A stretch of 63,917 bases of DNA, filler included, from Octopus bimaculoides (Eukaryota): NCBI RefSeq assembly GCF_001194135.2. It is 5 parts of 5 records of this genome, joined end to end, with 100 filler letters (N's around TTAATTAATTAA, not from the genome) between each part and the next. Parts side by side here need not be neighbours in the genome. Positions count along the whole stretch, not along the records: positions 36,449 to 60,203 come from NC_069008.1; 4 more parts are not named here. One strand, given 5' to 3'. Each line of letters starts with the position of its first letter. The first letter of the stretch is position 1. Shown here piece after piece: positions 42,425-52,999 of this stretch. The notes below the pieces were generated by a model. It saw only the letters and a program-made list of their open reading frames with translations. It did not search any database and was not told the DNA's origin. The position numbers and the translations under genes were made by a program.

Positions 42425-43450
42425 CGGAACCATTCAACATCGTGCGTTTGGTCCGTCAAGTATGTCCCCTCTCGTCTCTTCTGTGAGTACTGGCTCTTGA
42501 GCGATTAATGCAGAAATTAGAGACGTTGAGAGGCATCCCACGCAAACTAGCTCCTGAGAGAACCGTATAGGCATACGCAGACGACGTCACCGTCATAGTG
42601 TCGAACACCAGGAACACAGATCTCGTTGGCACCGATCTAATAAAAGAATACAAGGCGGTGACAGGAGCAAAAATTAATCAAGTCAGTCGGCCTGTAACTC
42701 GGCACCTGGAGAGACAGATCTATGCCGTCCAAAAACGTTGTTGGATACTGGACGGAAGGACCGGTTAGATTGCTCGGTAGAGAGGAGCTAAGACGAGGTG
42801 ACGAGCGGGGAAGCTAATCTCACCCAGAAATGGGAAAATGTCAGGCAAAGGTGACAAATGCATACATCGCCTCCATCATATATTATCGCCTGACCATCGA
42901 GCCTTGCCTCAGTTCAAGCTGAACTGGAGCGCTTGGAAGGGGCGCATTCCACTTGTCAGGCGCTGAGCATGCCATGGCTATTGATGCGCCAACGCTCCGA
43001 CGTCTCCAGTGCTTCCTAGATGGTGAACACCTGCTGTCACATGTAGATCAAATCCGGCTATCAGCTGAGTCCATCGTGAAGATCGTCCCGCCACCTTCCT
43101 TCGACCGGTAGGAGCAGGCAATGTTTCTGTGTCTGGTGACCTTGGCGAAAGAGGTTGTGTGGTGGACCAGATTGAAGGGGCTGAAGACAGACACTTTTCT
43201 TTTTGGCCAAGCCCTCTTCAACTTTTTCAAGTTTCACTTGAAAAGGAAGGTGAGGATAGAGAGAAAAGTGCTGCCTCCTAGCAATTTTATTGACAGGCGG
43301 GTGAATGTAACACGAAAGGCCCGAGTGAACGGGCCTTCTCTGAGCATGCGCCTCAAGAGTGAGGGAAGATAAAGTGGTGTGGGCGATCGTGGTTTTCGTG
43401 GGGTTTCTACTAGTAGACCATGAAAGTCGCCCTCTTTTCGGGATCTATTT
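42425..43450 (+). mobile_element. L1/Tx1-like ORF2 fragment (RT core plus C-terminus), internally deleted
   Basis: VRQVCPLSSLL*VLALE (VRQGCPLSP motif) and AYADDVTVIV at ~42570-42600, followed by a C-terminal segment homologous to the 46.1-46.4 kb copy. Confidence 0.8.
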
Positions 43451-43744
43451 GTTATAATACTTTTATTGTTATTTCCTATTCACATGAGTAAATCCCGCAC
43501 TTTTTGTGTTGTTTTGTCCTGTTTTGTCATCAATTTTATATAAAAATATCATCATCATCATCGTTATTATTGTTAATATTATTATTATTATTATTATTAT
43601 TATTAGAGGCCTTGTGCCTTCAGTAGAAAGGATTATTATTATTACTATTATCATCATTATTATTATTATTAGTAGTAGTATTGGTAGTAGTAGTAGAGGC
43701 CTTGTGCCTTCAGTAGAAAGGATTATTATTGTTGTTGTTGTTGT

Positions 43745-44460
43745 CTTTGCACAGCTTCTAACGCTCCAGATGTACTACGGTGCCAGCTGTTCACTACCAG
43801 TGAACTAAGGTAACACCCCTTATTTTTCGAGCACCTTCCGGAGTATTCGAGCGGTTCCAAGCAGTGCTGTTTTCTCCACGTGCTCCACCCTTATTGCAGC
43901 CCTTATTTGTTCCATATACTTCTCAAGATTTTTAATCACTGTTCCCAGGGCTCCGGCAATTATTGGTACTACTACCACCTTTTTCTGCAACCAAAACTGC
44001 TTAACCTCCCAAGCTAACCTATCATATCTATCGACATTTCTTTCTTCCTTATCGCATACCTTGTTGTCAGCTGGGCATGATATATCTATGATCCAGCATC
44101 ATTTGCTCTTTATCTCAATTAACACTGTGTCTGGGTTCCTATTCTCTATCTCATGGTCGCACACAATCATAAAATCCCATAGAATATTTGCATTGTCATT
44201 TTCGATGATGCCTTCGGGTTTATGTTCGTACCACATTTTTTGCTCTATCAAGTCCATACTTGTTGCAAAGTGTCCAATGGACAATCCTTGCTATGTTGTC
44301 ATGACATTTTTCATATTCTTTCTAGGCTAGTGGCGTACATTGACTGGTAATATGCCTTACGGTTTCACCATTCTGTCCACAAATTCTGCACTTATCACTT
44401 TCTGATGTGTTATCTATTCTGTATTTGATGTAATTGGTTCTTAATGCTCGCTCTTGGGAA
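43745..44460 (-). mobile_element. R4/Dong-clade element 3' fragment (CCHC knuckle, restriction-like endonuclease, short 3' UTR)
   Basis: QERALRTNY..CRICGQNGETVRHITSQC, ILWDF...NPDTVLIE and KTALLGTARILRKVLEK*. The 5' junction lies in (TAA/TAG)n and the 3' end runs into (CAA)n(TAA)n. Confidence 0.85.
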
Positions 44461-44461
44461 G

Positions 44462-44497
44462 CACTATTATTATTATTACTACTTACTACTACTACTA

Positions 44498-44544
<47 letters not shown>

Positions 44545-44631
44545 TACTACTACTACTACTACTTACACTACTTCTACTACTACTACTTCTACTACTACTA
44601 CTACTACTACTACTACTTACTACTACTACTT

Positions 44632-44667
<36 letters not shown>

Positions 44668-44677
44668 TTACTACTAC
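44462..44677. repeat. (TAT)n/(TAC)n microsatellite
   Basis: Directly visible. Confidence 0.95.
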
Positions 44678-44890
44678 GGTGGCGAGCTGACAGAATCGTT
44701 CGCGCGCTGGACGAAATGTTTAGCGGTATTTCGCCCATTGCTACGTTCTGAGTTCAAATTCCGCCGAGGTTGATTTTACCTTTCATTCTTTCGGAGTCGA
44801 TGAAATAAGTATCAGTTAAATACGAGGATCGATGTAATCGGCTCATCCCCTCTCCCAAAATGGCTGCCCTTGTGGCAAAATTTAAACCAT
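44678..44890 (+). mobile_element. SINE family A, near full length
   Basis: GGTGGCGAGCTGACAGAATCG head, GAGTTCAAATTCC B box and core. Confidence 0.8.
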
Positions 44891-45269
44891 CATTATTATT
44901 ATTGTAAAAATTCAAACAATAATAATCCAAACTGATTTCAAATTTTAGAAATTGGTGACCTTGTGCCAAATTTTGGAATCAATATGAGTTATTAGTTAAA
45001 GTTTGATAGAAGAAACGCTGTCCATCTATCTATCAACATGGTTATCTATTTATCAATCAATTTATTGAAATGGAAAAATTTAAAAAGTGGAACAGGCCAT
45101 GGTTTGAACGCAGAAACCTTAAAGAACGTAAATAAAACATTGGAACAGAGTTTAACCGGCAAACATCATGGCAACATGTATCAACCTTTTGTTAATGGTC
45201 TATTAAATATTAATTACTTTATCAGCAAATCAATCAATTTATCAATCCAGTTATCCAGCTTATTAGGTC

Positions 45270-45360
45270 TTTTTTATCTACCTATCTATCTGTCTGTCTG
45301 TCTGGTTGGCTGGCTGGCTGTCGGTTAGCTTACCAGTCTATTTATCTATCTATCTATCTA

Positions 45361-45395
<35 letters not shown>

Positions 45396-45573
45396 CTTGT
45401 CATATCATTATTAATATATATTGTATGTATCTGTCAATCTGTCTGTCTATTCATTTATCTAGCTATTTATTTATTTAGTTGTCTATCTCTATAACCACCT
45501 GAGTGTTTGCTTGTCTGTCTGTCTACGTCCCTTGCCGTCTATCCATCTATCTATCTATCTATCTATCTATCTA
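45270..45573. repeat. Compound (TCTA)n/(TCTG)n array
   Basis: Directly visible; similar arrays at 46775-46995 and 48095-48410. Confidence 0.9.
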
Positions 45574-45829
45574 NNNNNNNNNNNNNNNNNNNNNNNNNNN
45601 NNNNNNNNNNNNNNNNNNNNNNNNNNNNNNNNNNNNNNNNNNNNNNNNNNNNNNNNNNNNNNNNNNNNNNNNNNNNNNNNNNNNNNNNNNNNNNNNNNNN
45701 NNNNNNNNNNNNNNNNNNNNNNNNNNNNNNNNNNNNNNNNNNNNNNNNNNNNNNNNNNNNNNNNNNNNNNNNNNNNNNNNNNNNNNNNNNNNNNNNNNNN
45801 NNNNNNNNNNNNNNNNNNNNNNNNNNNCA

Positions 45830-46775
45830 TTCTATAGGGGATTAGTGGAGGGGAGGTACGATGACGATCTCGGGTCGAACCTGGGCGTCAACGAGGAATA
45901 TCTGACCCGCCTGTTCAAGACGACTTTCGGGCCGGGACCTATGGAAAACTTCCAGAGATCCATGGCCTGGCAGTGCTATCGAGAAGCGCTACCCGTTCGG
46001 GATATGCTCTACAGGCATGGCTCTAGAAATACGGGGCCGACCTGCCCGAGATGTGGTCAGGGCGACGAAACCGTTCTGCACGCACTCGTACAGTGTCCAA
46101 CCATTTCCGACCTGTGGGCCTATGTCGAACGACTGCTAGTGCATGTGGGACGAGTCGGTTTATCAACCAAGTCTACCGTGAATATTGTCGCGCCTCCTTC
46201 CTTGAAACGGGAAGGAAGAGCCATTTTCATCGTACTTGTGGCTATGGCGAAAGAATGTGTATGGTGGACGCGTCTGAAAAGTCTAGAAACAGACACTTTC
46301 CTGTTTGGTGAATCTCTCATCAACCTCTTCAAGTATCACTTGAAGAGGAAGGTGAGAGTAGAGAAGGAAGTTTTGTCTAGTGAATGTTTCAAAAAAAGAT
46401 AGGTGAATGTAGCAAGGATGGCAAATATAAATGATGGAGCCACCTTGAGCATAATCCTATGAAACAAAATAAGAAAGGAAAAAAGAGAGTCACTTATTGC
46501 AATGTGTTTTTTGCATGACATTATTGCCCGAGGTTACCGTGGTCTTTTTCCCGTAGGCTTTTCTCTCCACGGATAAACCTAATCTGTTTCCCTATTTTAC
46601 CTCATGACATTTCTGTGATACAAGATTCCCTATTGATCGCCCTTTTTTTTTTCCACGATCCCTTTTGATCGAAATTCGACTCACTTTTTTTCTTTTCTTC
46701 TTCCCAAAAAGAAAAGCTCTACTTCATATTTTGTCCCCTCTGTGCTCAGCCCTGTGTGGCCAATAAAGAAACATA
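45830..46775 (+). mobile_element. Tx1/L1-like LINE 3' end (zf-RVT-like region, ORF2 stop, 3' UTR), copy 1
   Basis: WQCYREALPVRDMLYRHG...CPRCGQGDETVLHALVQC (CX2C..H..C of L1/Tx1 ORF2). The 3' UTR ends AATAAAGAAAC followed by (TATC)n. Confidence 0.85.
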
Positions 46776-46994
46776 TCTATCTATTTGTCGATCGTTTTGT
46801 TTCTTTGTTTCTCTGTCTGTTTGCTCGTATGTATGTATGTATGCCAATCCATTTATCTAGCTACTTATTTATCTGCGTATCCCTATAACATTCTGTCCGT
46901 CTGCCTGTCTGTCTATCTATCTGTCTGTCTACCTGTCTATCTGTTAGCCTAACAATCTATCTATTCGTCTATCTATTTATCTATCTAGCCTGTT

Positions 46995-48095
46995 TAAGAC
47001 GACCTTCGGGCCGGGACCTATGGACAACTTCCAGAGATCCCTGCCCTGGCAGTGCTATCGAGAAGCACTACCCATTCGGGATAAGCTCTACAGGCATGGC
47101 TCGAGAAACACGGGGCCGACCTGTCCGAGATGCCGGCAGAGCGACGAAACCGTTCTGCACGCACTCGTACAGTGTCCCACCATTTCCGAGCTGTGGGCTT
47201 ACGTCGAACAACTGCTATCGCGTGTGGGACGAGTCGGTCTATCAGCCGAGTCTATCGTGAATATTGTCGCGCCTCCTTCCTTTAAACGGGAAGGAAGAGT
47301 TATTTTCATCGTACTTNNNNNNNNNNNNNNNNNNNNNNNNNNNNNNNNNNNNNNNNNNNNNNNNNNNNNNNNNNNNNNNNNNNNNNNNNNNNNNNNNNNN
47401 NNNNNNNNNNNNNNNNNNNNNNNNNNNNNNNNNNNNNNNNNNNNNNNNNNNNNNNNNNNNNNNNNNNNNNNNNNNNNNNNNNNNNNNNNNNNNNNNNNNN
47501 NNNNNNNNNNNNNNNNNNNNNNNNNNNNNNNNNNNNNNNNNNNNNNNNNNNNNNNNNNNNNNNNNNNNNNNNNNNNNNNNNNNNNNNNNNNNNNNNNNNN
47601 NNNNNNNNNNNNNNNNNNNNNNNNNNNNNNNNNNNNNNNNNNNNNNNNNNNNNNNNNNNNNNNNNNNNNNNNNNNNNNNNNNNNNNNNNNNNNNNNNNNN
47701 NNNNNNNNNNNNNNNNNNNNNNNNNNNNNNNNNNNNNNNNNNNNNNAAAGAGAGTCACTTACTGTTATAGTTTCTTCAATGAGAATATTGACCAAGGTTA
47801 CCGTGGTCTTTTCCGTAGGCTTTTCCTTCCACGGCTAAACCTAAACTGTCCTCCCCTCTTTTTACACGAGAACATTACTGTGTGATACACGATCCCTATT
47901 GATCGGCCTTTCCTTTTTTTTTTTTTCCTCGATCCCTTTTGATCGAACTCCCCCTTTTTCCCTTCCTACGATCCCTTTTGATCGACACCACCACTTTTTT
48001 TTTTTTTTCCTTCCTTCCCCCTCCCAAAAAGAAAAGCTCTACATTGTATTTGTCCCATCTTCGTTGAGCCCTGTGTGGCTAATAAAAGAAATGTA
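46995..48095 (+). mobile_element. Tx1/L1-like LINE 3' end, copy 2 (5'-truncated, spans a gap)
   Basis: WQCYREALPIRDKLYRHG...CPRCRQSDETVLHALVQC. The 5' junction directly follows (TCTA)n; the 3' end AATAAAAGAAATG is followed by TATCTATCT. Confidence 0.85.
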
Positions 48096-48685
48096 TCTAT
48101 CTATGTGACTATCTGCCTGTCTGTCTATCCATACATCTAGCTATTTATTTTATTAGCAGCCTATCTCCATAACCGGCTGAAACTGTCCATCAGTCTGTCT
48201 CTTTGTCTATCTCCCTTGCCATCCATCTATCCATCTCTCTATCTATTCTCTATCTTTCTATCTATGTATCTATTTATCTATCTGTCTGTCTGTCTGTAAG
48301 CTCGTCTTTATGTATGTATGTATGTATGTATGTATGTACGTACGTCTGTTTGTCTGTCTATCTATCTATCTAAATAGATAGATAAATAGATAGATAGATA
48401 GATAGGTAGATAAACAAACAAGCAGACAAAATAACTAGACAGCTAGATTGAAAAATAGATAAATTTGTTGATAGATTAATTAATATTTAATAGACCATTA
48501 ACAAAATGTTGATACATGTTACTATGATGTTTGCCGGTTAAACTCCGTTCCAATGTTTTATTTACATTCTTCAAGGTTTCTGAGTTCAAAACGTGTCCTG
48601 TTCCACTTTTCATGTTTCGAATTCAATAAATAAATTGATAAACTGGCCCGACATGCAAACGATTCTGTCACCTCGCCGCCGCCAC

Positions 48686-48720
<35 letters not shown>

Positions 48721-48750
48721 TAATAATAATAATAATAATANNNNNNNNNN

Positions 48751-48794
<44 letters not shown>

Positions 48795-49472
48795 TGACAA
48801 TTCGTATGAAGAATAAATTCATGCAAATTGTTTAATATATGGTTTTCGAAAATTAATGTAAAAAATTTCTAAACAAAGTCTCAATGTCATAAATTCTGGA
48901 ATAAAAAATTATATAATTAATAATATCAATCCAGTATTTCACATTTTTAAAATTTTTTTGCGCTTGATTTCGAAAAGGTGATAAGTTAAGCTTATCTCGG
49001 GGAAATTTGAACTCAGAATCTAAAAATAATTAAGTTGTGTAAAGTGAGGAAAAGGATATACACAATGCCAACCATTAAGACACAGTTTTGGTGACTTGTG
49101 GCTAGATCATCCCATGGGGAACTTTTCAAAGTTTTTGACAGGGAACCAGGATTGTATTTCTTCCATTAAACTGCACCGTTACAACAGCTGTTTGGTTTTT
49201 GTATATCACAAGTTTCATCTGAAAAACTGACTACTTTTATATTTATATGTATGCTTGCGTGTTATATATCTGCGTGTGTATGTGTATGCGTGTGTGTGAG
49301 AGTGCGTGTGTGTGTGTGTGTGCCGGTGAGGCTATGCGGTAAGAAGTTTGTTTTCCAACTACATGGTCCCGCGTTCAGTCCCATTGTATGGCACTTTGGG
49401 TGAGTGACTCTTATTTTCGCCTCAGATTTGATAGGCGAAAGCTGAAAGAAGCCCGTTGTGTGTGTATGTATC

Positions 49473-49503
<31 letters not shown>

Positions 49504-49704
49504 ATCTATGTGTGTGTGTGTGTGTTCCACCACTTCTTGACAACTGGTGTTAGTGTGTTTACTCGCCTGTAACTTAGTGGTTCGACTAAATGACCGACAG
49601 AATAATTACCAAGTTTTAAAAAAAGTACTGGTGTCGATTCATTCTACTAAAATTCAAGACGGTGCCCCAGCTTGGCCGCACTCTAATGACTGAAACAAAT
49701 ACAT

Positions 49705-49739
<35 letters not shown>

Positions 49740-51120
49740 AATGAAGTAGTCAGGATCTGGTTATTACTTACTGAGCGCTTTTATCCCCTCCAGGGATTCA
49801 TCATGAATGGTAGATTATTGAAAAATTTATCCGTTTTATATGTTTGTGATTTGGTTGAGAAAAAGTGAAGAGTTCAGTTTATTTTCTTGAGTTTTGGAAA
49901 ATAAGGATGTCTTGGGTATGGTTGAAATGTTCTTTGTCATTTTGAAGGTATACGTGTGTGTATGTAGGTATGTGTATGTGTGTGGTGGGTTTTTAAACAA
50001 AGCATATATGAGAAATTTTTGGAGACTTGGTTAGAGAAAGAGGAATAAAATAAGAAATGTAACAGAAAGAAATAAAGAAGTATTTTCTGAGATGTTTGAT
50101 TTGATGACAGTTCAATCAACTCCAATAAACTGTTGCTTTTATTCATTGAACGACTGACAAGATTTTTTGGTTAGTTGTTAACCGTCATCGAGGAAGCGTT
50201 TCCCTTTCTCAATAACGTAGGATTCAAAGTTTTGGCCGACAGGGTTTTCTATTTCCTGGTATATTTTTTCTTCTAAGAAACCCATCACCGGATTAGCATA
50301 AGAGGTAACAATTTATGCCCCCATAACTGTGCTCTTTATTTGTCGATTTGTTTTACTATCAAAGTTTTCTTCAAGTTCTAAGCGTGAAGATTTGGTGATG
50401 AAGTGCATTATGAAACATTTGTTTATCTTCTCCCTATGTTATGCTACCTAATATTTAATTGCCTCAAGGCCCAGGGGATGTGATATGTTATTATAAAGGT
50501 TAGTTACATCGAAACTATCTATGCACAATCATACACGTTCACACACGTGAGGACACGAAAGATGTAACGCTCAACAAATATCATCAAAGTAGAATTGTGT
50601 TTGTTTCATAACAGGTTGACTCATTTCTCCGTTATTTAGAGTTTTCCTGGGAGCAAAACGCGTCAACACGATTTGGTGTCAGAGTCTGACACCCGACATT
50701 TGTTGATGTGGTTCCGTTCGCCACCCACGCAATTTAAAGTAAGGGGCATCTGAGACAATGCAGAATGAGATATGATGGTGGCAGTGGTGGTTGCGGATAG
50801 CGAAAGTGCATTTAAAAAAAAATTGAACTAAGAGGGAGAGAGAAGCGTCTATGACGTGAGGTAGAGGAAACGTAATTGTATTATATAATAATGCAATAAT
50901 ATGTGAGTATATGCATATATACGTACATGTATGTACATACCTACATCTACATGTATATATAGATGCATATCTGGGTACAGGACGTTACAAAAAAACGTGG
51001 ACAAAATGAAAAACAAGAATATAAACAAAGCACGGAAAACAAACTTTTTTTCGGACAACGGTAGGAACACACAGAAAAACAGACAGGCCGCATAGAGAAC
51101 ATTTCCTTCATCAGCTGCCC

Positions 51121-51173
<53 letters not shown>

Positions 51174-52999
51174 NNNNNNNNNNNNNNNNNNNNNNNNNNN
51201 NNNNNNNNNNNNNNNNNNNNNNNNNNNNNNNNNNNNNNNNNNNNNNNNNNNNNNNNNNNNNNNNNNNNNNNNNNNNNNNNNNNNNNNNNNNNNNNNNNNN
51301 NNNNNNNNNNNNNNNNNNNNNNNNNNNNNNNNNNNNNNNNNNNNNNNNNNNNNNNNNNNNNNNNNNNNNNNNNNNNNNNNNNNNNNNNNNNNNNNNNNNN
51401 NNNNNNNNNNNNNNNNNNNNNNNNNNNNNNNNGATTCTAGCAAAGTCAATGAAACAGATTGTGAGTAACACTTCGTACTCCTGGCACTTCAATAAACTGT
51501 ACCGAGATGCAAGGACACATCATGTACGTGCTTCAGGTAGGTTTCAAAGTATAATTTTCATAGTATTCACAGCAGTCATTCCTCTTCTTCAGTTGCCACT
51601 CACATTAACTGAAGACTTGTTTACCATTCTCAGGTTTTATACACCAGGGGTGGCTGGGAGGTCGAGAAGATTACTTCCTAACCACGAGGTCTTAGGTTCA
51701 AACCCATTGTGTGACATCTTGGGTGTATGTCTTTTACTATAGCCCCAGACCAAACAAAGCGTTGTGAGTATATTTCGTTGATGGAAACTACGCGGAAGCT
51801 CATCGTATATATCATGGTGTTATGAGAATGAATTTTTCTTAATTATAATATTATAATAATTAAGTTTTAGTTATCTTTGGGTTGAATAAGTTTAGCCAAT
51901 TGGTTGGTTTTGAATCAGTAAAGTCACTGTATATATAGTCACCAATTATTCTCAAAGAAAAAAAAAAGAAAAAGAGTTGCCTTAGAGTTACCTCCTCTTT
52001 GCTTCCCTCGGCTCTCAGAAATGACTACTTTGGGCGAGAAGATACTTGCATTTGGGAGAAGGACAATGACGTGGCGTAACTTTGCCAAATTATTCTGGAA
52101 GTGTTTTAGATTATAAAAGACAGTGGCTGAAAGATGAGGAACGACTTAGGCACGACGCTAGATTATACAACTTTCAAAACTACACTCGCTGCCAAAACCA
52201 TCTGTCAACTGTCATCATCGACATTGAAATATCTGTGATCAAGAAGCTACATCTTCAATCAATACTTCTTGGACTCATGACTCTGGTGACTATTTTACTT
52301 TGTCCAATATTTGACTATTGACGTAATTATTTTGTATCAACTCTGCACTGCCATTATTGTAAACTTTATCATATTTCTCAATACATAACTGAATTGTACA
52401 GACCTGTTTGCTTTACTTGCTGGTTTCGATTGTGGACTGTGTTCTTTGTCATGCAGTAACCGTAACAAAAGTATCAACCAGACTAAAAGATGCTGTTATA
52501 CATCATTGGTCACAGTGTGCTTTCACTGTTCTTAGCTTACGAATGATACTCCTATCCCGTCCCTAGCTAGGCGATCGGAACCTACATCAGTGATCGAAAG
52601 GCAGTTCCATTGCAAGGCTCCCGTTTACAGTTGAGTGAAATGTAACAATACGAAATGAAGTGCCTTGCTCAAGAACTCAACACACCACCCAGTCCAAGAT
52701 CTAACCTAGCCACTAGACCATGTGCCATAATCATCATGTGTGTGTGTTTGTGTTGCATCTATACCCCCACCAACCTCTTAACAACCGGTATTGGTTTGTT
52801 TATGTCCCCATAACTTAGCATTTCAGCAAAAGAGACTCGACTCATAAAATAAGTACTGGTCATTGGTTTGTTGCACTAAACCCTTCAAGGTAGTACTCCA
52901 GCATAACCAGAGTCCATTGCCTGGAAGAAGTAAGCGACAAAAGACGTTATTTAATTCGTTCCTAGCTTTTCTTAACGCTCTTTTAAAACATGTTCACGA

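Noticed and set aside
44434-44773. Poly-T/Y/L/N/I ORFs (also 39.7-39.9, 48.6-48.8, 60.8-61.1, 61.4-61.8 and 61.8-62.3 kb)
   Set aside because: Translations of tri- and dinucleotide microsatellites.
50674-50685. TGGTGTCAGAG resembling a Gypsy primer-binding site
   Set aside because: It is on the wrong strand and side for the pol fossil at 53-55 kb, and no LTR pair could be identified.
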